From assembly GCA_039809385.1 (NCBI GenBank), contig JBDHUY010000002.1:1-64000 (forward strand): DNA of 64,000 bases, given 5' to 3'. Under the pieces are notes generated by a model. It was not told the origin of the DNA and searched no databases. It was given only the letters and a program-made list of their open reading frames with translations. Numbering within the stretch: position 1 is the stretch's first letter; the number at the start of each line of letters is the position of its first letter. Origin of the DNA: Candidatus Altimarinota bacterium. GTDB lineage: Bacteria > Patescibacteriota > Gracilibacteria > JBDHUY01. The position numbers and the translations under genes are program-made. This document shows, one piece after another, positions 10,683 through 20,160 of the stretch.

Positions 10683-11021
10683 ATGAATCTTGTACACTGG
10701 CTTATCGGAACAGCTTTTGCTCAGGGGGGGAGCGTTCCCGACGGGATATTACCCGGCAAACCACCCCAAACCATTCCTGCTGGCACAAACGGATTACCGG
10801 GATTAGCTCAAGATATCGTGAATATCGGGTTTACGCTCGCCGGAGGAATTACCCTGATTGTGATCGTTGTCTTGGGATATACCATGTTTACCTCCAAGGG
10901 CAACGATGCTGAATTTAAAAAAGCACTTACCGGTGTTTCGTATGCGGCTATCGGATTGCTCGTGATGGGGATTTCCTATTTGTTGGTTAGAACGTTGTTG
11001 ACGCTGCAGTTTAATAATTGA
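10683..11021 (+). CDS. CPR pilin-like protein
   Basis: LGYTMFTSKGNDAEFKKA...YAAIG. Confidence 0.8.
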   Translation: MNLVHWLIGTAFAQGGSVPDGILPGKPPQTIPAGTNGLPGLAQDIVNIGFTLAGGITLIVIVVLGYTMFTSKGNDAEFKKALTGVSYAAIGLLVMGISYLLVRTLLTLQFNN

Positions 11022-11029
11022 GTCGTGCG

Positions 11030-11280
11030 CGGAGAAGGGAGTCTGGAGCTTACAGCAAGGCAAGAACAAAGAATCAGGAATCAAGAAATAGGAGCTGGTT
11101 GTTAGGACTTTATGCGATACGAGAGCGGAAAAACATCTACCTGTGGCAATAAATTTCTGCCAATTTCACTTTCTTCCCGGGTATCAGATGCTATATTCTT
11201 GATTCTAAGATTACTCTGCATTTTCGTTGCTTTACAACTTTATTGAGCCCCTTTTGGGACTGTAAGAACTTTATAAACTG
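11030..11280. repeat. Composite intergenic repeat element
   Basis: GAATCAGGAATCAAGAA ... AAAACATCT..GCAATAAATTTC ... TATTCTTGATTC. Confidence 0.7.
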
Positions 11281-11288
11281 AATACGGC

Positions 11289-11777
11289 ATGAACCTTCGG
11301 CTTTCTCTCAAATCATTCATTCTGCGCTTGTTATTGCTGATATTCTTGACAGGTTATTTAGGATCTGCCGTTTCGCTCTTTGCGCAGGTTCACGCCCAGA
11401 CCGGAGACAAACCGCCCTGTACGTATGAAGATTTCAAAAATCTTCAACCCGGTCAGGCTTTTCCGGATAAATGCCGTCCCAACGGCCTGATCGGTTTTCC
11501 AGGCGGGAATAATAAGGAAAACCCTTCGTATAAAAGCGAAGATGTTCAAAATGCGTTAACCCGTATCATCGATATCGTTATGCCTTTTCTGGGCATTCTG
11601 GCGGTTCTCATGATTGTCATCAACGGTGTCCGCATGGTGGCAAATGCCAGTAACGAGACCAAAGCCAAGGAAGCTCAAAAAAACGCCATCTGGGCTGCGG
11701 GCGGGCTGTTAATGATTATTCTCTCCTACGCGATTATTACCGGCGTTATCCGGCTGGTGTATTTTTTATTGCCGTGA
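11289..11777 (+). CDS. CPR pilin-like protein
   Basis: INGVRMVANASNETKAKEAQKNAIWAAGG. Confidence 0.8.
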   Translation: MNLRLSLKSFILRLLLLIFLTGYLGSAVSLFAQVHAQTGDKPPCTYEDFKNLQPGQAFPDKCRPNGLIGFPGGNNKENPSYKSEDVQNALTRIIDIVMPFLGILAVLMIVINGVRMVANASNETKAKEAQKNAIWAAGGLLMIILSYAIITGVIRLVYFLLP

Positions 11778-11779
11778 TA

Positions 11780-11942
11780 AAGAGGGGAGTTGGGAGAAGG
11801 GAGTGAGGAGCTAGAAGGTAGAGATTGAATCTCGAAAAGTGAAGAACACCTAGAGTTGACAATAAATTTCCAGCAATCCCGATTAATTTCTGCAAATTTC
11901 AATTCCTCTCTTGATTCGAGATTCTCTATTCTTGATTCTTTG
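11780..11942. repeat. Composite intergenic repeat element
   Basis: Purine heptamers, GACAATAAATTTC...AATTTCTGCAAATTTC, CTTGATTC x2. Confidence 0.7.
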
Positions 11943-11979
11943 TCTTTGCCGAACGTTGATCGCTTGTCGCTAACAACTA

Positions 11980-12075
11980 TCACTGTACTCCCACGCTGAA
12001 AATGGGTGCCAGCACGCTTAAGAGCAGAATAATAATGACGACGATTACCACGATCCGAATAGTACTGCGTTTCAT
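11980..12075 (-). CDS. 31-aa single-TM small protein
   Basis: MKRSTIRIVVIVVIIILLLSVLAPIFSVGVQ; ATGA overlap with the DUF167 stop. Confidence 0.65.
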   Translation of the reverse strand: MKRSTIRIVVIVVIIILLLSVLAPIFSVGVQ

Positions 12076-12344
12076 GGAGAGATTTGGATGATTTTAAGCT
12101 GCGAAGTTGTTCCGTACAAAACGCTGATAGCTTGTTTTTTACAACCGAATGTGGCGGATAAAAGCCTGATCAGATGCTCATTCGCTTTGCCTCCGGTCGG
12201 GGCAGTCGTCAGATGTATCTTTAAGGCTTCGGTCCCTGCAACCTCCTCAATCCGGTTATACGACGATTTCGGTAAAACCTTACATGAAAAACGAACCGGT
12301 TTGTGAGCTGCTATACGCTCTTTGATGCGTTCGATCATAGCCAT
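12072..12344 (-). CDS. DUF167/YggU family protein
   Basis: VLPKS, AP.GGKAN..LIRLL, G.TS..K. Confidence 0.85.
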   Translation of the reverse strand: MAMIERIKERIAAHKPVRFSCKVLPKSSYNRIEEVAGTEALKIHLTTAPTGGKANEHLIRLLSATFGCKKQAISVLYGTTSQLKIIQISP

Positions 12345-12356
12345 GGAAATGACTCG

Positions 12357-12737
12357 CTATTCGGCTTTCTTCTTTACCATACGGGTTTTCTTGGGGCTGG
12401 CCTCCGCCGTGGTCTTTGTCTTTTTTGTAGCCTTGGGTGCTTTTTCGGTTACATCTGTACCGGCCGGATCGACGTTGACAAATATATCTTTGTAAACGCG
12501 CCGGTTGAATTTGAGCAATTTACGCTCCTGAAAAGAAACCAAGCCATCGGTAAGGGCGAACAGGGTGAAATCTTTTCCTTGCGATACGTTTCGTCCCGGG
12601 TAAAATTTATTGCCTTTCTGGCGAACCAGAATATTTCCGGCAATGACCGACTGTCCGGCGAACCGTTTTACCCCTAACCGTTTACTGGTAGAGTCGCGAC
12701 CGAGTCTGGTAGAACCACCCGCTTTTGTGTGAGCCAT
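12357..12737 (-). CDS. rpmA: 50S ribosomal protein L27 with Lys-rich C-extension
   Basis: [30 protein letters not shown]. Confidence 0.97.
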   Translation of the reverse strand: MAHTKAGGSTRLGRDSTSKRLGVKRFAGQSVIAGNILVRQKGNKFYPGRNVSQGKDFTLFALTDGLVSFQERKLLKFNRRVYKDIFVNVDPAGTDVTEKAPKATKKTKTTAEASPKKTRMVKKKAE

Positions 12738-12890
12738 AGAATCAATGAAAAAGAAACGATTAAATCTTTTCCATAGTAGCGATTTTCCTCGACTTTGCAA
12801 GCTTTTCTAGCCGTTTTCCAGTTGCTTTTTGCTTCTACCCATTTACAATGAAAAATGTGTATGTTTTCTGGAACTTCCGTTACATCTTCT

Positions 12891-14027
12891 ATGCAATCTG
12901 ATTTTTTCAAAGACAAGAAAGTGGCGATTGTCTGTGACTGGCTCACCAATCAGGGCGGAGCCGAGCACGTGGTGTATACGCTGCATACGATGTTTCCGGA
13001 CGCGCCTATCTATACCTCGATCTATACGCCCGAGAAGATGCCGCAATTTCTCTCGGCTCAGATCCATACCTCGTTCATTCAGAAATTTCCGTTCAGCAAA
13101 AAAAAACACCAGCTTTTTTTAAACTTTATGCCGTTGGCGTTCGAAGAGTTTGATCTCAATCGTTTCGATATCGTTCTATCTTCTTGTCACTCCTGCGCCA
13201 AAGGAGTGATTACCCGACCCGAAACGGTACATATCTGCTACTGTCACACCCCGATGCGGTATCTGTGGGACGAGAGTCAGGCATATATCCGCTCCTCTCC
13301 TTTTCCGGGTATTTTCAAATGGTGGTACATTCCGCATTCGATCAAAAAGTTGCGTCTGTGGGACCGTCTGGCGGCCGACCGCGTCGATTACTATATTGCC
13401 AATTCGCGCCATGTGGCCCAGCGTATCAAAAAATACTACGAGCGCGAAAGCACGGTTATTTATCCTCCCGTGGAAACCAGTCTGTTTTCGGTCTCTTCCA
13501 ACCGACAGGATTATTTCCTGGCAGTCGGACGGCTGATCCGCTATAAACGCTTCGATCTCATTGTCGAAACATTTAATCGGTTGGGATTGCCACTCAAAGT
13601 TGTCGGCGAAGGACCGAGTTATAAAGAATTGAAGCAGATAGCGCGGAGTAATATCGAATTTCTCGGATATGTTTCCGACGAAGAAAAGGCAAAATTGTAT
13701 GCCGAGGCCCAGGCGTTCATTTTTCCGCAGGTTGAAGACTTCGGCATTACGCCGGTGGAAAGTATGGCCAGCGGCCTGCCGGTCATTGCGTTAGGGCAGG
13801 GCGGGGCTTTGGAAACTGTGCTGGATAAAAAGACCGGTATTCTCTTTGATGAGCAAACCGTTGAGAGTCTGACCGGGGCTGTCGAAACATTTCAGAAAAC
13901 GAAGTTCTCGCCGGCGAAAATACGCGAACATGCGACGCAGTTCGATACCGCGAATTTTAAGAAAAGTATGTATGAGTATATAGAATCTTCTTACAATGCC
14001 TGGCAAGTAACGATGACTACTCTTTAA
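12891..14027 (+). CDS. GT4 glycosyltransferase
   Basis: DWLT..GGAE, YCHTPMRY.W, EDFGITPVESMASG. Confidence 0.92.
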   Translation: MQSDFFKDKKVAIVCDWLTNQGGAEHVVYTLHTMFPDAPIYTSIYTPEKMPQFLSAQIHTSFIQKFPFSKKKHQLFLNFMPLAFEEFDLNRFDIVLSSCHSCAKGVITRPETVHICYCHTPMRYLWDESQAYIRSSPFPGIFKWWYIPHSIKKLRLWDRLAADRVDYYIANSRHVAQRIKKYYERESTVIYPPVETSLFSVSSNRQDYFLAVGRLIRYKRFDLIVETFNRLGLPLKVVGEGPSYKELKQIARSNIEFLGYVSDEEKAKLYAEAQAFIFPQVEDFGITPVESMASGLPVIALGQGGALETVLDKKTGILFDEQTVESLTGAVETFQKTKFSPAKIREHATQFDTANFKKSMYEYIESSYNAWQVTMTTL

Positions 14028-14039
14028 CTTCTTGTTTTC

Positions 14040-14636
14040 ATGACAACGCTCAACGATGCTTTTCTGTTTTTTCGAAAAGTACGAACTCGTTTTTTGCTTC
14101 TATGGCTGATCCTTTTTTTGATTGCCGGTTTTCTGGTCTTGGGGCATCAAAAAATCGAGTACAAAACCTATGTTTTCTTTACCGTTTCCCCTAAAGAATA
14201 TGCGTTCGAGCAGCGCGAGCAGGAATCGATCAATTCGTTCTATCTGGTATCGGCGGCGGATATTTTTGCCGAAACGATGGTGGGATGGTTTAAAAGTCTG
14301 GAACTGCTCGACAATATCCAAACAGATGCCGGAATTACTCCGTTGCCTAAAATAAATGCGCGCAAAGAGACTCGCCAGAATGTGGTACTCTTCTTTTCGA
14401 CCGATACGAGAGAGCAGGCAGACCGTCTCTCCGAAGCCTTGACAGCAAACCTAAAAAAATATATTGCTAATTACAATGCCGAAACCAACACCACCTTTTC
14501 TTTGGTAAATTTGTCTTCTACGACGCAAACGATCGAGCCGCAGCCGGTCCGCGACGTACTGGTGGCTTTCGCGGGGGCACTGCTTGTAGCGGCGTTGATT
14601 TTCTTTTTCGTTTATACCCTGCGTCTGAAACAATAA
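14040..14636 (+). CDS. Wzz/CapA-like polysaccharide chain-length protein
   Basis: N- and C-terminal TM with extracytoplasmic middle; follows the GT4 gene. Confidence 0.55.
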   Translation: MTTLNDAFLFFRKVRTRFLLLWLILFLIAGFLVLGHQKIEYKTYVFFTVSPKEYAFEQREQESINSFYLVSAADIFAETMVGWFKSLELLDNIQTDAGITPLPKINARKETRQNVVLFFSTDTREQADRLSEALTANLKKYIANYNAETNTTFSLVNLSSTTQTIEPQPVRDVLVAFAGALLVAALIFFFVYTLRLKQ

Positions 14637-14732
14637 GCTTGTTGTTATAGATTTTCGAATGTGACTGGATATATTTGTTGACAGAAAATAAAAAATATCT
14701 AAAACCCACAGGCATTCCTTAGACGTTTTTTT

Positions 14733-15542
14733 ATGAATTCTCTTAAATATAATCAGTTGATCGATACCATGGTTGATCGACTGGCTTTACAGAACTTTCG
14801 GTTGGGCATGGATACTGTTCAGGCGATCTGTCGAGCGCTACTCCTGGTCGTTCTCGTGTCGATGACTGGGTGTACTGAATCATCTTCTCCTGTTGAGAAT
14901 AAAAAAGAAAATATCAATACGACGGCTTCTGGTAATGAAAATGCAACACCGGTACCGGTTTCTCCCGGAATTCCCAAAGTAATATTTCCAGATAATACTC
15001 CGCAGGATGTTATTGATGTTCACCTCAAAGTATTAGACACAGCAACGTATGTCTTAGGTAGCATTGATAAAAACTGCGAAACCCTTTTACAAGAAGAACC
15101 CATTGATTTTGAAATTACTCTCAACCTGGAAGATTCCATCAGAAATTCTCCTTGGCTCGATAATGACAAAAAAAAACTTCTAATCAATCAACCCAATAAA
15201 CTGGATAGTATGACTATCTTTTATGAAGATGATAGTCAAACAAGACGCCACCTGATTATTATAGAAGAAACTGTTTTTCGGCGGCTGGGTTCTCTGATTA
15301 GTAACCTGGCGCATGAATTATGCCATATCCATATTTTCTATCAGAAAAAAAAACAGGAAGAAACTATGGATTGGAGAGATGAAGAGATTCGTACTATTGC
15401 TATGAGTGTTGAAATATTGAATCGAGTAAAAGAGGATCTTCGTAAAAAAGGTGCTCCCCCAAGTGTTGTGGAAGCTATAGAGACGAGCATAGATTTGGAT
15501 CTAAAAATGTCACAGTCATATCGGGCACAACAAAAAAAATAG
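14733..15542 (+). CDS. Hypothetical lipoprotein with HExxH motif
   Basis: MTGC lipobox-like, AHELCH, downstream EE; start uncertain. Confidence 0.55.
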   Translation: MNSLKYNQLIDTMVDRLALQNFRLGMDTVQAICRALLLVVLVSMTGCTESSSPVENKKENINTTASGNENATPVPVSPGIPKVIFPDNTPQDVIDVHLKVLDTATYVLGSIDKNCETLLQEEPIDFEITLNLEDSIRNSPWLDNDKKKLLINQPNKLDSMTIFYEDDSQTRRHLIIIEETVFRRLGSLISNLAHELCHIHIFYQKKKQEETMDWRDEEIRTIAMSVEILNRVKEDLRKKGAPPSVVEAIETSIDLDLKMSQSYRAQQKK

Positions 15543-15598
15543 GAGGTATCATCATCTTCCAGAGAATAAAAATGCTAACTGTGTCGTATTCCTGGAGT

Positions 15599-17689
15599 CT
15601 ATGGCATCCTCCAATCCAGTTCAAACAACTTCTGCTGCCGCATTAGGTCGATGAGCTTCACCGCATAATCGGGAGCTGTGGCATAGCCGCTCTCGTAGAG
15701 CCCCCAGGCGCCCCGTACGGGATCCTGCATGGTTGCCCGAAAGGGAGCATACCAGCTGCGCGTGAGCAGCAGGTCGGCATGATCCTGCCACGATTCCGAA
15801 ACGTCTTTGTATGCTCTAAAAAGAGCTTCGATCCGGTATCTTAGCCCTCCGTAGACTTCGGAAGTATTTGAGATAACCGAACCGGCTGAACCGGTTCCTT
15901 TTATCCCAAACAGATTGTTCGAAACTTGACCGGTATATTTATCGGTTGGCACGTATTGCCCCCAACCCGATTCCAGAATCGCCTGTGCCATCTGGATAGA
16001 AGCAGCCATGCCTGTTTCATCCTGCGTCTTTTTTGCCAGGGGCTCAATTAAGGCCCGGAATTTTGATTTTTCCACCAAGGGAGTCGCGCCAAAGGTTTTG
16101 GTCGTGACCACCGAAAACGATACCCTGTCCGTTTGATAGGTCTTACCGTCGGTCCCGGTGGCACGGGCAAACATTTCATAGGTTTTCTTCGTATTCGCCG
16201 GAGGGGTATAGGTAATCGACCCATACGGATCGACATTTGTTCCCAGTACAACCTCTTTTCCTCCGTCCAGTAACACGTAATCGACAGATTGCAAAGATAC
16301 ATACGACGTTACGTATATTTCGGTGGAGTCGCTGACAACCTGATTTTTTCCCAAACTCAACAAAACTACCGGTTCGACTGCGATGTCCATCGAAAAGCCT
16401 GCGGTGTCATACACTGCGCCATTTTCATCATAGATCCGCAGCAAAAGCGTATGATGGCCGTTTTGATGAACCTTGGGGCGGAAGCTGAGCGTCGTCACAT
16501 ATTGAGGAGATATGTTGGAGAGGCTCACCTTATCCGGGCGTCCCCATTCTTTGACGACCTCGTTATCAGAGAGAAGCTCGCTCTTTTTTATGGGAAAATT
16601 TGCATACAGACGGATGGACAATGTTTGAGCAATATTTTTGCCGTCGGCCAGACCTTCCTGCGAGAAAGAATGTTCCGGTCGCAGAAGTATTTTTACCTTC
16701 TCTGTCTCATATTTAGTGTTATTGCGGTCGAAAACGCTTGCCTGGAGGAATTTTGTACCCGCTTGCTCGGTCAATGGCACTAAGCGAAAAGGCTTTTCCG
16801 GATTAGCCAGGCCTAAAAATGTTTCCTCACCGCTAAAAGCATCGAATAACCGGTATTCTACTTTTGAAGCTGCGAAATCGTGATCCACTGTTATATTGGT
16901 ATCGCTACGTACCTCCGCTCCTTCCGTTATTCCGCTTAATTTCACCGTCGGATGCACGTCTATCTCTACTTCCCTGCTTTCGGTATAGAGCGGTTTTTTC
17001 TCTATATCATATCCTACGCCGATCAGATACCACTTACCGTTCAGGGCAGGATCGGGTTTCCAGACCAATTCCCCGGTCTCCTGATCCGCCGTACCCAGCA
17101 GGGGACCTGTTTTTGTATCGCGGTTCAGAAGATAAAATTGAACGTTGGTCGGATGAAAGTCGAAAGTACTGACTTTTAACGTCGTCGATCCGCTTATGAT
17201 AGCGGGAGGGGCGGAAAGTGCAATTGACGGACTGATCGGGCCGGTAGCCGGATCGGTAATCGTGACAGTCTGGGTTGCGTCGTCCCAGGCAACTTGCGCT
17301 CCGAGCGCATTGGAGACAAACCGGAGCGGAACAAATGTTCGCGTATCGGTCAATTGAGCCGGAACATCCATTAGGGCACCGCGCCGGCAATCGCGTTCCA
17401 GACAGGCAAATCTTCCTCCGATCTGGAAACGGACAAACCGATCTCCCCGTTGTGCGGTAACTGTTTGAGTGGGGCCTTCCCATTCTACCGTCGCCTGGAG
17501 TGATTCGAACAGGGCGCGTAATGGAATTAATGTCCGTCCGTCTTTGATAAACGGCTTAGGATTGAGTGACAGTTCGGTTCCGTTCACCACGACCCGGATA
17601 CCGGCTGCCTGGCCGGAAACGGAACTTGTCATTATATAGGTTAGCAGAATAAGCAAACTTCCCAAAAACGGGAACAAAATTTTTTTCAT
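15599..17689 (-). CDS. GH73 glucosaminidase with N-terminal copper-amine-oxidase-like (stalk) domain
   Basis: PFIKDGRTLIPLR, TFVPLRFVS; AQAILESGWG, NNLFGIK, FRAY, GYAT.PDY. Confidence 0.9.
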   Translation of the reverse strand: MKKILFPFLGSLLILLTYIMTSSVSGQAAGIRVVVNGTELSLNPKPFIKDGRTLIPLRALFESLQATVEWEGPTQTVTAQRGDRFVRFQIGGRFACLERDCRRGALMDVPAQLTDTRTFVPLRFVSNALGAQVAWDDATQTVTITDPATGPISPSIALSAPPAIISGSTTLKVSTFDFHPTNVQFYLLNRDTKTGPLLGTADQETGELVWKPDPALNGKWYLIGVGYDIEKKPLYTESREVEIDVHPTVKLSGITEGAEVRSDTNITVDHDFAASKVEYRLFDAFSGEETFLGLANPEKPFRLVPLTEQAGTKFLQASVFDRNNTKYETEKVKILLRPEHSFSQEGLADGKNIAQTLSIRLYANFPIKKSELLSDNEVVKEWGRPDKVSLSNISPQYVTTLSFRPKVHQNGHHTLLLRIYDENGAVYDTAGFSMDIAVEPVVLLSLGKNQVVSDSTEIYVTSYVSLQSVDYVLLDGGKEVVLGTNVDPYGSITYTPPANTKKTYEMFARATGTDGKTYQTDRVSFSVVTTKTFGATPLVEKSKFRALIEPLAKKTQDETGMAASIQMAQAILESGWGQYVPTDKYTGQVSNNLFGIKGTGSAGSVISNTSEVYGGLRYRIEALFRAYKDVSESWQDHADLLLTRSWYAPFRATMQDPVRGAWGLYESGYATAPDYAVKLIDLMRQQKLFELDWRMP

Positions 17690-17908
17690 AGATATGTTGG
17701 AGTAGAGCTTGATATAAATGGTCTAAAATCTAAGGATCTAAAAAATGGTGATAGTATTTCTACTGCAATATTGTAATGTATTTGCAATGATGAATATTTG
17801 TAATGCCAAAAACAAAAAGCTAAAAACTTCAAATCACAAAATATATCCTCTATCTACTATAAACGAGAAATCGGAAAAAATGTAACAGGAATTTTTACTA
17901 TGACATTA

Positions 17909-18460
17909 TTACGAGGCCTTGCAGGTTTCTACTAGATGATCCCAGTCATAGGGGAATCTATGCGCTTCGCGGGCCTGGATAAGTGTAGCGAACACATTCC
18001 ATATATCCTCTTTGGTATAAAAAAAAGCGTTCCCTGTTTCCTTGACCGGATCAAACGGAGCGACAACACCTTTTAATTTCTTCATAACCGGGACTATCGG
18101 GACACAACCTGCGCGTAAACTGTTTATCAAAGGTTTGATCGATGTATCCAACTGTTTTGATAAAAAAAGTTGAACAGTATGGATCTCTTGCTGCTGATCT
18201 TTATTCGCTTTCGTGTGTTCCGAGAATATGTCTTCGTCCGCCAGTACAAGCCGCATATCAGGAAGGGCAGATATGGCCTGAAAGATAGTATCTCCCAAGG
18301 CGATAATAGAAGCTCTGTCGGCTACAATCACAAACTCATGCTTACTTTTTTTCCCGATAAATGCGGTTTGTGAAACAGCGGAATCGCTTTTTCGTGTATC
18401 ATCAGAATATATAACGGTTTCAAACTGTAACGAAGGTTTCTGCGCGGCTGGTTTTGCCAT
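17909..18460 (-). CDS. Hypothetical, resembles glycogen synthase (GT5) C-terminal fragment
   Basis: GCVPIV...FDP..ETGNAF.Y...W. Confidence 0.5.
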   Translation of the reverse strand: MAKPAAQKPSLQFETVIYSDDTRKSDSAVSQTAFIGKKSKHEFVIVADRASIIALGDTIFQAISALPDMRLVLADEDIFSEHTKANKDQQQEIHTVQLFLSKQLDTSIKPLINSLRAGCVPIVPVMKKLKGVVAPFDPVKETGNAFFYTKEDIWNVFATLIQAREAHRFPYDWDHLVETCKAS

Positions 18461-18862
18461 ATGAGTAGTTGTTGAATCGATAGATAATGTATCTTTTCAC
18501 TATACCAGATTTTTAATTTTCAATGTACTACTTAGCGTTGACATACGACGAATACTGTATCTCGTAGTAAACTTGCAGACTGCTTGCTTTTTTAGAAGCT
18601 TTTTTCACAACGAGTATAAAAATATTGATCATCTACAAACCGTAAAAAGCGAAGATGATTTTAAAAAAATCGCTATACTTTTTTGAATGACCAGTTCAAT
18701 AATTACAAGGAATATAAAAATAAAATTTGAATAAAAAAGTAAAACAGAATAAAAGTTGTATCCAAGTATTTTGGAAAAACGTTTGTAAAAGAATTTTAAG
18801 TTATTTATACTCACCAGCGAGCACTAAAAAAGAGCTTATTATTTTAAGTTTTTGTTTCATCT

Positions 18863-20095
18863 ATGGCAAAAGAACAGTTTATCGCCAGTCTGGACGTAGG
18901 GAACTCCAAAATACGCACTCTCATCGGAGTACTGGAGGAAGGAAAGCAAACCCCCACCATTATCGGTGTCGGTGTTGCTCCTTCTAATGGTCTGCGTAAA
19001 GGGCAGGTAATTGATGTCGAAGAGACCGTTAACAGTATCAGCCTCTCTCTGGAAGATGCCGAGCGTATGGCAGGAGAACCGATTAACCACGTTATCGTGG
19101 GGATTTCCGGCTCGCACGTTTCCGGAGTGGAAAGCAAAGGGGTTATTGCCATTGGCGCCGAGGAAATAAACGACGACGATGTCGAACGCGTGCTTGATAC
19201 GGCCCAGGCTATCGCTATTCCCAGTAATAAACGCGTTTTAAAGATTGTTCCCAAGTCCTTTATTATCGACGGACAGAGAGGTATCCGCTATCCGGTTGGT
19301 ATGGTCGGCAAAAAACTCGAAGTAGAGGCTTTGATTGTCACAGGCTCGATTCCCGCGATTAAGAATATCGAGAAATGTATACACGAAGCCGGCGTCGATA
19401 TCGACGATATTATCCCGGCATCGTTGGCGATTCCCGAGGCGGTTTTGTCCAAACGACAGAAGGAGCTTGGTGTCGTAGTGATCGATATCGGTTGCGGCGG
19501 TAGCTCTTTGACCGTTTTTGAAGAGGGAACTATGCTACATACGGCAGTCCTCCCGGTAGGCGGAGAAAATATTACCAACGATATCGCTATCGGTTTACGT
19601 ACTTCGATCGACGTAGCCGAAAAAGTAAAAATCGAATACGGATCCTGCAGTTTCGAAGGAATTTCGGATAAAGACGAGATCGACCTTTCCTCTATCAGTA
19701 AGATCGAAGATCAGCGAATTTCAAAACTGCATCTGATCGAGATTATAGAAGCCCGCTATCACGAGATCTTTACTATGGCTAAACAGGAGCTTAAAAATGT
19801 GGGGCGAGACGGTATGCTGCCTGCCGGGGTCATTTTAACAGGTGCAGCAGTAAAATTGCCCGGTATCGTCGATCTGGCCCGTAACGTGCTGAACCTGCCG
19901 GTACAGATCGGTTTTCCCCTTGAGGCTAACGGAGTCGTCGAAAAAATAGACGATCCTTCATATGCTACCGTTTACGGTCTGTTATTGTGGGGTACTCGTT
20001 TTGAAGCCGTATCGGGGGGCAGAAAAATGCGCGGACTCAATATTGGTAAGGGACTTAAAAGCGTTACTGGTTTTTTCAAGAAGATGTTACCTTAA
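18863..20095 (+). CDS. ftsA: Cell division protein FtsA
   Basis: LDVGNSKI, VIDIG.G, GG.NITNDIA, LTG. Confidence 0.97.
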   Translation: MAKEQFIASLDVGNSKIRTLIGVLEEGKQTPTIIGVGVAPSNGLRKGQVIDVEETVNSISLSLEDAERMAGEPINHVIVGISGSHVSGVESKGVIAIGAEEINDDDVERVLDTAQAIAIPSNKRVLKIVPKSFIIDGQRGIRYPVGMVGKKLEVEALIVTGSIPAIKNIEKCIHEAGVDIDDIIPASLAIPEAVLSKRQKELGVVVIDIGCGGSSLTVFEEGTMLHTAVLPVGGENITNDIAIGLRTSIDVAEKVKIEYGSCSFEGISDKDEIDLSSISKIEDQRISKLHLIEIIEARYHEIFTMAKQELKNVGRDGMLPAGVILTGAAVKLPGIVDLARNVLNLPVQIGFPLEANGVVEKIDDPSYATVYGLLLWGTRFEAVSGGRKMRGLNIGKGLKSVTGFFKKMLP

Positions 20096-20160
20096 AGAAG
20101 CGCGATTTAATTACGCATTATCCGAAATTCGTCATTCATAATTCATAATTCCTGCTTCCT

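Noticed and set aside
9930-11942. CRISPR or integron interpretation of the repeated spacers
   Set aside because: Repeats are degenerate and irregular; no cas gene, integrase or clear attC R-box (RYYYAAC/GTTRRRY) pattern seen
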